A DNA stretch of 63,999 nt, filler included, from Chrysochromulina tobinii (taxonomy: Eukaryota): assembly GCA_001275005.1 (NCBI GenBank). It is 5 parts of 5 records of this genome, joined end to end, with 100 filler letters (N's around TTAATTAATTAA, not from the genome) between each part and the next. Parts side by side here need not be neighbours in the genome. Positions count along the whole stretch, not along the records: positions 1 to 22,486 come from JWZX01000911.1; 4 more parts are not named here. One strand, given 5' to 3'. The translations under genes were made by a program, and so were the position numbers. Positions 1 through 11,200 of this stretch are shown piece after piece. Every line of letters begins with the position of its first letter. The stretch's first letter is position 1. A model generated the notes under the pieces. It saw nothing but the letters and a program-made list of their open reading frames with translations. It made no database searches and had not been told where the DNA came from.

Positions 1-461
1 GCGAGCGGTAGTGCGTAAACACAGCGGGTGCGTATACGTACCCCCTCGCGTATACACAGGTTTCTGCGTATACGCACCCCCGACCGCGTAAACGCAGGAA
101 ACGACAAACCGTAATGGCAAGACTTGAACGTTGAAGTCACGCATAGAACGGAGCGAGTATGTTCGGCATGTCTCTCGTCTCGCACAATCATCAACATCAT
201 CACAAGAGCCAGCGGCAGCGCGGAGACCGGAGTAGAGATGTTGACCGCTCCGGCCGCGGCCCGCGGGCGACGGGCGTGGGCCTCCGTGGGGCGACCGCGG
301 CGGGCGCGGGACCGCGAGCGAGAGCAGAGAGAGATCGCTTTTGTTTTGCCGTGCGCACTCGCGGGCGGGCCGGGCGCGCTCTCCAAGTGCTCATATCGTC
401 ATATTGCCTTGCCTTCGAAGGCGGTGCATCTAAAACTCATATTTCCTCTGTCCAATGCGTC

Positions 462-1345
462 TCACAGGCGATCCCGTTGGCCTCGTCGTTGCCCGTGCCC
501 CGTATGGACGCTGCGAGAATGCGTGAGAATCGAGACGCAAGAAACCGTAATGCTGTGTACTAACGAAGCAGGCCGAATGCAGGAGAGCCAGGTGGAGCGG
601 CGAGCGCACTTATTGGAGTGTCTCGCTGCAAGCCGTACAGAAACCTCCGTAGCCGGAAGCATCACGCCACCACGCTTGGACCGAACTGGCTTGCTCACCC
701 ACATGTTGGCGAGCTGGGGCGCAGACTTCGATTTTGGCATGAGCGGCGGCAGTCTGAGCGCGGGCCGGCTGGTCGCATCCGCGTAGAAGTGTGCAGCTTC
801 GGCATGCGCATGGTCAGAATCCACCTCTGATTCGTGCGACGTCTCAGCTTCCATCTTCCTCGTTATGGGGTCATCCATGTGCCATTTCGCCCGATACCTG
901 TTCATGAAGGCTTCCTCGCTCTGACGGGCCGCCCTCATGAGCTCCTCTTCCGCCGCTCTTGCTTCTGCCGCCTCCGCTACCCGCTTGGCTGTCTCCCTCT
1001 TGGACTCCTCCTCAGCTGCTGCCCTCGCAGCCCACTCCTCCTGCATTCGCATCGAGCGTTGCGTTGGCCTGCGGAAGGACCGACAACCAAGCTGGCTCAG
1101 AGAGAATTATTTAGGGAAAGGTAAGCAGAGTAGGCATGCATGCTTGCGCGCCTTACGGGTGATAAACGGGGGCAGTCTGCTCACCTGCCGTACGCCTCTT
1201 CGCGCTGGAGCCAAAGTGCTGCTGTGCGATCAGCGACGGCCACAGCTTTCTGTGCACGTGGCGCTAGAATCTTAATGTCGCAACCACGGTCGCAACTCGG
1301 TCGCGCCACGACTTCCATGCCTCTGAATCCACACACGATGTCCAT
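462..1345 (-). CDS. Hypothetical protein, at least 2 exons, charged coiled-coil segment
   Basis: ORF 1181-1558 joins ORF 462-1052 in frame through a GTGAG...CCTTCCGCAG intron at 1069-1184 (YGR|PTQRSMRMQEEW). Start and 3' structure uncertain. Confidence 0.5.
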
Positions 1346-2214
1346 GTCTTCGTGCACGCGAGGGCCGGGCTGCGCCGTGCGTTCTCGGCGACCGTCGCAG
1401 GGGTCACCGCCGGCGGCTCGTACAAAACGCTTGACTGCCTCGAGCTCAAACAAAATCAAGCGCCGTTTTGGGCCATTTTTTGCTTCGCTATTGGTAGATA
1501 CACATACAACAGTCCATATCATTAACCTTTGCATAATGCACCTTACACGATGCATCACCTTTTGGAGAGCTATTAGATGACATATCGAGATGACACACTG
1601 TTTTGCGTTTTAGATGTCTCCACTGAGAGTCTGAGACCTCGTCTGTGAGTACTGATCTCCGCAGAGAGCTCCACTGAGGACTGAGCTGTGCACTGGCGCC
1701 ACTGCGCACACGCACAAAGACAAGGACCACCTTCGAGGTCTCTGTCGTCCAGTCACCGAGCAGAGTCAGGGACTGTGGCTCTGCCCGGATACTTGCCCCG
1801 AAAAGGCAACCATGAACTCGTGGACACGAACATTTGGACAACCTCGATCATACGACGATGATCGGTAGATCGGTACTTACATCCATAGACAAGGTTACAG
1901 ACAACCACCACTATTCACACATGAACACATCGGTTGTGTCAACCTTAGACATCAAAGTCCATCCCACAACGGTGAATGGCAGCGTCTGGCCAGCACAAGC
2001 GGGCCCCCGAGCGCTCTTTCAAGCTCAGTGACCTCAGGGTTGGAGGCTGTCGGCTGACTCCAGCCACTCGACCACACGCACTGCGACAGACATAAGGTTA
2101 CATGTAAAGTCGACCGACTCACTCCAGACCGACTCACTCCACCCGACCTACAGAATGTAGCTCGATACCTGCCCTCGAACGAAGCATTTTTCACGGTTCA
2201 AGTCATGCTGAAGT

Positions 2215-4383
2215 TTAATAGCTGAAGTTGCCCTCGTACATGAAATCGCCTCCGCGGCACAGGCGAGCCATCTCTCTGCGGCACTGCTCCGTCACCGGGA
2301 AGGCACGCTGCAGCCGACCAGGCGGAGTGAATCGAGTATCTGATGTGGCACAGCAATGGCGTGAGTAAGAGAGGTTGATCCACTTCAATTCAAGCTCATG
2401 GAAGTATTTCGTCAACGTGGGGGTATAGGTTGGTATGGGTGAGGTATGGGTGAGGGAGCAGGCAGAGGATGAGGACCCAGACATATGTGGATGGAGGCAT
2501 GGAACATGGCGCGAGTCCGCGAGAAGGCAGAAGCAAATGTGATGAGGTCGCGTTGCACGACCGCGGGGCGTGGAGCGTTGGGCGTGCGCACAAAGGTTAT
2601 CATTCTTCCAGCCCGGTCGCAGTGAGCAGCCGAGTACGGGCCCTCCGAAATGCTGATGCATCATTTGGAGGGTGACTTGCGACCACGCCGAGCCAAACGA
2701 GCCGATCAGCGCGACGCCGTGCTGGGCGATCGCGAGGTTGAGGATCGAGTGCCATCCGATGTGATGGAGCATTTCGCGAGTAGAGCTGAAAGGACGTGCA
2801 GGGGACGGTTGCTCTGTACTGCTGTCGTCGACGCCGAGTCCTCGAGCTCGACGAGCTCGCGTTGCATCTGCCTCGGGTGCTGCCGAGGGTACCGATCGGT
2901 CACTCGGCCTGCTCGTGCGCGAGGATGACACATCGCCATCGCCTGCTGCAATTGGTGTGCCGTTGCGCGAGTTGGCGCCAAAAGCCATTTGCAGCAGCTT
3001 CTCACGCTGCTCTTCGCCGTATTGGTTCCGATAGTCACCCGGATTCCACGGGTCGATCTTGAGGTCAAAGCGGCGTTGGTCTGTCCAAAAGCAATTCCAG
3101 CTGCGCTGCTTGCACTCGGCGCTGAAATTGGCGACGACGGCGGCTGTCTCAGTGACCAGCAGCACGTGGCGCGTTCCGAAGCAAGTGGAAGACAAGAGCT
3201 TTGCCAGGGGAGGCAGGTACTGTTTGAGCAGCAGAGGCTTTTCCTCGACGTGCTTACCGCCCATACGCACGAGCACAACCACGAAGGGCTCCACCAGCAA
3301 GGTTCCATCGGCTTCTGCCACCGTTTGCGCATGGCGAAGCCGAGCGGATGTGGACAGCACGCCTGCTTGCGAGGAGGAAGCATCCCGACTTCCGCCTATG
3401 CGATGGCGACCAATTGAGCGACCACCTACGATGCGTGCCTCGCCGACCCGGCTGCCGCCGCCGCCACCGCCGCCACCGCCGCCGCCGCCGCCGCCGCCAC
3501 CGCCGCCGCCGCCGCCACCGCCGCTGCCGCTGCCACCACTGCCGCCACCGCCGCTGCCACCGCCGCTTCCACGGCCGCTGCCACCGCCGCCGCCGCCACT
3601 TTCGCTGCCGCCACCGCCACCGCTGCCGCCACCGCTGCCGCCTCCGCTGCCGCCTCCGCTGCCGCCTCCACCGTTTCCGTTCAACATGCCACGACTGCTG
3701 CTGAGCAGCCGCACGCCGTGCTCGTGCAGGAACTCAAGGGACGTTCGGTGCACCCACGGCCGAAACTTGAGGAGCACGTCCCAGCTCGCACCGAACCAAA
3801 AGCTGCGGCCGAGCGCCGGTATGCAGTGCATCCAGCGTGCGTAGAGCGCGAAGATGCCGAGGGAACGGTCGTCGTTGGCAAAGCTCAGCCGCACGACTGC
3901 ATGCTGAAGCGTTGCTTTGCCAAAGCTCGGAGCATCCCATTGCACAGGCGGTCGCCGACGAGTAAGAAAGTCGGCGATCAGATTTGGGTCGTCCTCGCAC
4001 GTCGACCAGGGCTCGAAGTAGCAGCCATGGGATTGTGGGCCTTCGTCGCACCATCGCCATGAGTGGCCACGCATGAACGCTGAGGTCGAAAGAAGTGTGC
4101 GATTCTCCGACATCGCCTGCAGTAGGAGGGCATGGAGAACAAGGAATGAGAAGCCCATGCCCGACTGCTCGTTGAATTCGTCCAGCAGCAGCACGCGTGA
4201 GTTGCTGCAATCGACAGGGTTCTGTGCTCTGTGTAGAGCATCAAGGAGGAGCGCCCTGTCTGGACCGTGCATAAACCAGTGACACGTGCCGTCGACGCCC
4301 TCGGCGGCGAGGCCGAGCAAGGGCTTGTGACGACCGACGCAGACGCAGCAGCAAAAGCCGAGCAGCGAGGCAATGCGCAGCAT
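2215..4383 (-). CDS. GT23/FUT8-like alpha-1,6-fucosyltransferase with a poly-Gly insert
   Basis: N-terminal signal/anchor; LHRAQNPVDC, GMG..., CYFEPWSTC, VLVRMGGK, LLVTET and IGSFGSAWS parallel the FUT8 motifs QNPKDC, VHVRRTDK, YLATDD, VCTFSS. An intron near the 3' end is probable but not resolved. Confidence 0.7.
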   Translation of the reverse strand: MLRIASLLGFCCCVCVGRHKPLLGLAAEGVDGTCHWFMHGPDRALLLDALHRAQNPVDCSNSRVLLLDEFNEQSGMGFSFLVLHALLLQAMSENRTLLSTSAFMRGHSWRWCDEGPQSHGCYFEPWSTCEDDPNLIADFLTRRRPPVQWDAPSFGKATLQHAVVRLSFANDDRSLGIFALYARWMHCIPALGRSFWFGASWDVLLKFRPWVHRTSLEFLHEHGVRLLSSSRGMLNGNGGGGSGGGSGGGSGGGSGGGGGSESGGGGGGSGRGSGGGSGGGGSGGSGSGGGGGGGGGGGGGGGGGGGGGGGSRVGEARIVGGRSIGRHRIGGSRDASSSQAGVLSTSARLRHAQTVAEADGTLLVEPFVVVLVRMGGKHVEEKPLLLKQYLPPLAKLLSSTCFGTRHVLLVTETAAVVANFSAECKQRSWNCFWTDQRRFDLKIDPWNPGDYRNQYGEEQREKLLQMAFGANSRNGTPIAAGDGDVSSSRTSRPSDRSVPSAAPEADATRARRARGLGVDDSSTEQPSPARPFSSTREMLHHIGWHSILNLAIAQHGVALIGSFGSAWSQVTLQMMHQHFGGPVLGCSLRPGWKNDNLCAHAQRSTPRGRATRPHHICFCLLADSRHVPCLHPHMSGSSSSACSLTHTSPIPTYTPTLTKYFHELELKWINLSYSRHCCATSDTRFTPPGRLQRAFPVTEQCRREMARLCRGGDFMYEGNFSY
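3452..3672. repeat. (GCC/GCT/ACC)n trinucleotide low-complexity tract encoding poly-Gly/Ser
   Basis: Directly visible. Confidence 0.9.
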
Positions 4384-4821
4384 GTTCTGTCTCTACGATT
4401 CGATTTTAGCAATAATCCTCAAGGTGGGTCAATATCCGGATAGGTCTCCACAGGTAAGAAAGGAAACCGAATGCATGCATAGACCCATATAGATTCCTTC
4501 CGAGAAATCCATTTTCTAAATTTCTGTCAGCCCCACAGCTAAATTTTTGTTTTGGTGAGCTTGATGCCTTGATCATTTTCAGTGATGGCAACCATTCCTC
4601 TAGAGAGCGAGCGCTGCGCAACAAAGACGTCCGTCGCTACACGGTACGGCTTTCAGCTGTAGACGTCTGTATGCGCTATGGTTGCACGTCGAGGTTACAC
4701 GGTGGCCGCCGCGATAGAAATTTTTGATGTGAATTTCAGAAAGCGCGCCGTGGCGGTGAGCCGCCCTCGGTCAAACCAAGACCCGCGTCCTCTCCTGTTC
4801 AATACACTGAGCCGAACCAGC

Positions 4822-7776
4822 ATGGCGGCCAGCAGCGCAGCTGACCCGTGGGCCCTGCCCGAGGACGCTGCCGCTAAGTACGATGCCTTCTTCACTATCT
4901 GCGCAAGTGGCGGCAGCCACGTCAATCGTACGCAGGCAGGGCCGCTCTTCGAGCGTGCGGAGCTGCCGCCGCAGCAGATGGCCATCATCTGGTCTCTCTC
5001 TGACATCGACCTCGACGGTCGCCTCAATAGTAACGAGTTCCGCGTGGCCATGCATCTTGCGACGCTCGCCGTGGCAGGGCAGCCGCTTCCTTCGCGGCTG
5101 CCTCCCGTACTTGAGCTCATCGCCCGTCCCCGACGAGCGAGCGACGAGCGATCCACGAGGATGACGACGCAGCCGCCCCATAGTCCCGAGACCAGTTCGG
5201 GCACGAACCTGATCGCTGACTCACGAATCACCATGTACAAGGTCGTGACCTCCGCGTTCGTCAATGCACAGGACTTGCTTGATCCGGGCGTGATTTTGAT
5301 GTGGATGGACATTGCGGCGTGCTTGGCAGCCGAAAGGCACACAAAGACGAGCTCCGTGACGCTCTCGATGGACGATCTCCACTTTGACACGATGGTGCGT
5401 CTCGGAGCGACCGTGCACTTGGAAGCGACGCTCCACAAAGTCTTTGGCACATCGATGGAGGTCGGATGCACCGTGTCTACATCGCAACCATCGGGCCGCG
5501 ACAAGTTCGTGTGCGCCGCATGCTTCACCTTCGTGGCGCTCGGTACCGACGGCAAGAAGATGCGCGTCGCCGAGGCGCTTGCAGTGACGCCCGAGGAGAA
5601 GTTTTTGTCGACGATTGCGACTGAGCGTCGCGCGTGGCGGCTGAAGCGCTCGGCGCTGGAGCTCGAGGCGCGCGAGGGCGCCGAGTCGAGCCAATCGCTA
5701 GACGTGGCCATCGAGGAGGATGCGGTGCTAAGCGGCGGTTGTGCCGCCGGTGGCAGCTGCTGTGAAGGCGGCGTGGAAGAAGCGGCGCCGACGCCCTTGG
5801 TGACCTACTCGATGACTCAACTCGTGCTGCCTAATATGGCCAACCACCACGGCAATACCTTCGGAGGTCAAGTGATGGCGTGGATGGCCGAGGCCGCGAC
5901 AGTCGCCGCCAACCGCCAGGCGTTCGAGTCGGTACCCGCCTCCCACCTCGGCGCGATCTCGCACGTCGAGATCGCGCTCGTGGATGCGCTACAGTTTCAT
6001 GCCAAGTCAGTCGTAGGCGATCGCGTCGTGCTGCATGCAAAAGTGACACGTGTCTTCGGCTCGTCGATGGAGATCTGCGTCACCGTCGAGGCGTACGGCG
6101 CGACCAGCACCGAGGTGCGCCAGCCCCAGCACGGCCTATTCACAGCACGGCCTATTCACAGCACGGCCTATTCACGACGACGCATGCGACCTTGAACCCT
6201 TCGCATGCCAAACCCAGCCCTCGTCCGCATCCAGGGGCGCCTTCTGATGGCCACTGATGGCCACTAATTGCATCCAGGGGCGCCTTCTGATGGCCACTGA
6301 TGGCCACTGATTGCCTCCCTCATTGCCTCCAGGTGCGTCACATCAACACGGGCTACTTGACGATACATGTGAAGGCCCAGAGGCGCCGAGGTGGGCGCTA
6401 CCTCGACCTGCCCCTGCGCCCGTCGCGCGCGCCACCCGCGACGGACTTGGATGCGCATGCGGCACACGCGGGGGCGCTCGTGCGTCTCCGCGTGCGTGTA
6501 CAGCGTCGCCAGATGCTCTCGTTACGCTCGGACGCAATGACGTGGAGCCCGTTGCTCACAGGTGCGCCCTGCGTCCGAGTGCCTCTAAGTGCCTCTCTAA
6601 GTTCCGCTGATGGCCTCTCTAAGTGCCGCTGATGGCACCTCTCTAAGTACTCTGCGCGATTGCTGACTCGCAAAGGAGCCCTGATGACCGCTGATGACCA
6701 CTGATAACCGCTGATGACCTCTGATGACCGCTGATGACCGCTGACTCGCAGAGGAGCTTTGCATTTGCAACGTGCTCGGGCTGCTCCGGGTGGTGGGCCA
6801 GCAGCCACCGGCCGTGCACTGGGAGGTCCTCTCGTTGACCTTCCCCGGGCAGGTACTCACCTGGACTCGAACCTGGACTCGAACCCGAACCCTAACCCGA
6901 GCCCGGAGACCCTGCCTGGAGACCCCCCTGCGGCAAATAGTTGATGGCCGCTGATGACCTCTGATGACCTCCCAGGGCAGATGGTGCGCCCTGATGACCG
7001 TTGATGACCGTTGATGACCGCTGATTATACCGCTGATGACCTTCCCCGGGCAGGTTGTGCGCCGAGGTTCGCTACCCTTTGACGGCTCGCTCAGCGCAAG
7101 CGACGTGATTTGCGTCGCGCATGCAACTGATCTCTTCGGGCGTGGCACGCATGCGCTCAAGGCGGTCACTGTCGTGCAGGCGAGCACGACGCGCACCTTC
7201 GCGGCGGTGACGGACCTGCAGCAGCGCGTGCGCTGGGATAGCCTCCTCGAGGCGGGCAAAGTCCATCGCACCCTTGATGAGAAGAACGCTCTCGTGTACT
7301 TCAAGATGAAGCCCCTCATTACGGGCGGCCGACCACATGACTACACGTTGCTGCAGTCTTGGCGGCGGGAGGCGGACGGCAGCTACGTGATTGCATCTCG
7401 CTCGGTGGTGACTCCCGAGCTGCCCCCCGTGCGCGGCTGCACGCGCGGAGCGGTCCTCCCCTCTGGGTTTCAGTTAGAGCCTCTGGACGACGGGCGTACG
7501 CGGGTGACGTACATCGTCCAGATGCAGCAGCAGCGCGGCATCACCGGCGCCTTCGGCTCGGCCATCCTGCGGCGCGGCGCCGAGCTCATGCGGCGCAGGT
7601 TCGTGCTGCTCGAGGAGCTGCTGCGCACGGAGGCGGCGCCCAAGACGGCGCCGACTGCGAGCTGGGCGCCGCGCTGGGGCGCTCGCGGCTCGGGCATTTC
7701 GGCCGTACCCACGCCCGCGCCCGTGGCGCTTGAATTGATGATGCCGGGCGCGGCCGCGAGTGCGACGGACCAGTAG
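4822..7776 (+). CDS. EH domain + two hotdog acyl-CoA thioesterase domains + START domain (ACOT11/12-like); exons 4822-6114, 6333-6561, 6752-6852, 7054-7776
   Basis: EH: IIWSLSDIDLDGRLNSNEFRVAMHL. Hotdog motifs WMDIAACLAAERH, FGTSMEVG, ANHHGNTFGGQVMAWM, FGSSMEI. START: RVRWD, YVIASRSV, RGAVLPSGF, TRVTYIVQ. Three GT-AG introns restore the frame. Confidence 0.8.
6115..6332 (+). other. Spliceosomal intron with a 16-bp x3 repeat and TGATGGCCAC minisatellite
   Basis: GAG|GTGCGC ... TGATTGCCTCCCTCATTGCCTCCAG|GTGCGT; splicing gives TE|VRHINTGYL. Confidence 0.8.
6562..6751 (+). other. Spliceosomal intron with TGATGACC(G/A/T)C minisatellite
   Basis: ACAG|GTGCGC ... CTGACTCGCAG|AGGAG; splicing gives LLT-E-ELCICNV. 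Confidence 0.75.
6853..7053 (+). other. Spliceosomal intron bounded by an exact 19-bp direct repeat
   Basis: TGACCTTCCCCGGGCAGGT at 6836-6854 and 7037-7055; internal 10-bp minisatellite. Confidence 0.85.
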
Positions 7777-8275
7777 GAGGCACATACGATGAACCGAGGG
7801 GCTGGCTCACGGGTCGTACCAGGGGGACCGACTGCGCCAGACAGTCTGGAACCGTCTGGAAGCTCTACTTGGCGGCTTTCGGTCGCCTGCTCTCGTCTCT
7901 TTGTATAGCTGTGTGCGAATGTCTGGTTTTCGATATTGTGCTGATCCGATCGTGCAGATCAGGGGGGATCGGATGGCTTGTGACGTGAAGCGAGACCCTA
8001 GCGAGACCCGTCAGACCTGTGAAACGCTCCTTGAATCCCACATAGGCGACCCGAAGGGAAGAACAGACTGCATCAGTGTGCCGCTGACACACACTCTCTC
8101 ACACAAACCCCAAAGAAGGGACACATTCGACCCAGCAGCAATACGCCAAGTTATGGTACGAAAGTGTTCAACAGTGCGTGCAACCATCTCTGCAGATGAG
8201 TAGATGCCCAACTTGAAGCACAATGTGTTTGCATGCATTCATTCCTGAAAGAGCTTCCAGATCACAAAGTTGGAC

Positions 8276-11200
8276 ATGCGCGTAGCGTTCATGGATGCGT
8301 TGTCGCTGCGGGGCCGCAAAGCCAAGGCTTCACCACCACCAGACATCGCTCTGCCGGCGACCACGCCAGCCTGCGCCGAGCCACAGACCATGGCATCGCA
8401 ATTGTTACAAGGCGCACTGGATAACGAGTTGACCAGCACGCTCGTCCTTGCGCGGCAGCACTCAACAATCATGGACGAGTCAGTCGACGAGGCTAGGAAC
8501 CTCGCGCCGGATCCGCATCGGCGCGAAACAGGAGTGGCCGTGGAGGCCGCGAGATGGGTTGCCGCACTCACGGGCGCTGCACTGCCCCAGGCGGTGGAGG
8601 ATGGCGACAAGGTGCTTGATAGCCTACACGAGTGGCTGCGCGACGGCGTCATCCTATGCCGCCTCGCTCATCGGCTCGGCGCGATGCCGAGCCTGCTGCG
8701 CGCAGAAAGCAACGGCAGCAGTAGCAGCAGCGGCGGCGGCTGCAGCAGTAGCAGCAGCGGGAGCGCCAGCAGCAGCGGCAGTGGAAGCGGCAGTGGCAGC
8801 GGCAGCGGCAGCGGCAGCGGCAGCGGCTGCAGAAACGGGAGCGACGCGCTGCACAAGGCCAAGAGCCTCGACCGTATCTCCCAGTTCGTTGAGGCGTGCC
8901 GCAAGCTAGGGATGCCTGAGCCTGACCTCCTATGCGGAGCCGACCTCGCCGAGGGCAAGAACATGCAATCGGTCGTGCGCAGCCTCCACTCGCTCGGGCG
9001 CGTCGTGCAGCGGCTCGACAGCTACGAGGGCCCCACGCTTGGCGTCAAGCTGGCTGTGAAGAATGAGCGCTCCTTCACAGCGCAGCAGCTCGCCGAGGCG
9101 CGGGCGATGCCCACGAGGCTCGGGCGCGACCAAGCGGCCGCGGCGAAGGCGGCGGGCGGGCCTGGCCTCGTCTCCGCCCCTAGGCAAGTCTCCTCTGGGG
9201 TCGGAGGCTGGGGCTCACCATCCTCGTCCGTATCGGAGGTCATCTCGGAGGTCATCTCGGGCTCACCATCCTCGTCGGTACATGTGGTCTCACCGTCAGT
9301 CATCAGTCTGGAGCCGCCCTCATCGCCGCAGACAGCTGCGCCGGGGACGATACAGAAGCTGCACGGGCACAAGGGCAGCCGGTCGGTGGAACCAGCGGAC
9401 GTGACAAAGCAGTCGGAGGCGATACAGATGGGCCGGAGTCAAAAGATGGCCTTCGAGCAGAAGCGCGCGGCCTTCGAACGCTCGATGGAGCCAAGTGGAG
9501 ACGAAGCAGGCGCCGTGACGGGCGCGCCAGAGGCCGGCGCGATGCCGCCGCCGAGCGGCGGTCGTATGGCGCTCGGTACGGCGCGCAACTGTCGAGGGAC
9601 GGCCGAGCCCGCGCCGTACCGAGCGCCCACGCCCACCCCGGCCGTCCTGTACAGTCGTCCTCATATGTCGCCCATGGAGCGCAGGGAGATGCGCCATGGG
9701 GCAGAGGCGCTCGCCGGGGAGGTCTCCGCCAGGGCGGCGCAGCTGCTGCAGCTCAGGCCGGCGACGCTCGATGAGCTGCCCGAGCCGCGAGAGCCGGCCC
9801 CGCTCAAAGTCTACTCGCGCTCCATGCATGGCGCCATGCATGCACGGGCCCTTCCGCCGGTGGCTGCCGTAACCTCAACGGCTGCCGTAACCTCGAAAGC
9901 TGCCGTAACCTCCACGGCTGGGACCCCATCGCTGGCGGCGCCCCCGCCCCGTGCAAGAGTGGATGTGACGCCTTTCTCAACGAGCGCGCCGGTGGCTGCA
10001 ACGGCGGCGCCGACTGCGCCGGTGGCTGCAACGGCGGCGCCGACTGCGCCAGCGGCTGCGACTCTTTCGCTCGAGGAGGAGTCCGCGGCGGTGGAGGGGG
10101 CAGCGGAGGCACCGGCGGCGGATACGGAGGTGATGATGGCGCCGGCGAAGCACCCTGCCGAGGCGGAGGCACAGATCATCTCGGAGGTAATCTCGGACCC
10201 TGCCGAGGCAGAGGCACAGATCATCTCGGAGGTAATCTCGGACCCTGCCGAGGCGGAGGCACAGATGATCTCGGAGGTAATCTCGGACCCTGCCGAGGTG
10301 GAGGCACAGATGATCTCGGAGGTATTCTCGGGGGCGCGGGAGCGAGTGGACCGGATGCGAGCAGCCCCAGTCCCGGCTAAGACGCCCACGACGCTGCAAG
10401 CCATGAGCCCGTGCAAGGATTCGCGCTCGGTGCTGCGCTTGGAGCTCGAGATCGTAGCGAAGGAGGCGAAGGAGGCGAAGGAGGCGAAGGAGGCGGCGGC
10501 GGAGGCGGAGGCGGAGGAGGTGGAGGAGGCAGAGGAGGAGGAGGCGGCTGCAGCTACTACAGCCTTGCCGCCGCCAACTGCCACCTGCAATGCAGCACCC
10601 TGCGACTCAGAGCCTGCCAAAACCGAGGCCATCGCTCCATGGCTGGTCGTGTCGGCGGAGGCGCTTGAGACGGCGCCCGACGCGTCCGACGCGCCCTTGC
10701 GGCCTTCGGCAGCGGAGCGACAAGCGCCGTCTCAAGCGCCCTCGGGGGAGGCAGGCCTGAAGCGATCGCCAGTGCTAGCTGAGACGGCAGCTACGAAGGC
10801 CACTTCAACGGCGGATCAAGTGACTGTTGAAGCATCAGAGGTTGCTCCGAGAGCAGAAGACGCTCCGAGATTACCTCCGAGATTACCTCCGAGATTACCT
10901 CCGAGATTACCTCCGAGATTACCTCCGAGATCACCTCCGAGAGCAAAAGACGCCATCGACCTCGCCACGGCCCCCAAAACTTCAAGCTCCGCTGCGGCAG
11001 ATTCTCGTGCCAACGCCACAGCTTTGTCAATTGCTTCGTCGGTGAGCACGCCGCCGGCCGGCCCCGCCGCTGCTCCGTCGTGTACCGGTACGCTGCCAAA
11101 GACAGCCCCACAGCCATCGCCGAAGACGCCCCCGCAGCTGCCGCCGGACGTGCAGCAGCCAGTCGCTCGTCAAGAGAGCCCTGCCGAGCGCGCGGTGCGT

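Noticed and set aside
1..101. GCGTATAC/GCGTAAAC motifs forming an imperfect inverted repeat at the window start
   Set aside because: Could be a transposon end, but it is cut by the window edge and has no partner or TSD.
4695..5711. Many long overlapping antisense or alternate-frame ORFs across the window
   Set aside because: Expected in high-GC coding DNA with few off-frame stops; none has recognisable motifs.
6888..6899. Telomere-like AACCCTAACCC seeds, also 26823-26833
   Set aside because: Under two units each, internal and degenerate; not a telomere and too short to support telomerase-mediated insertion.
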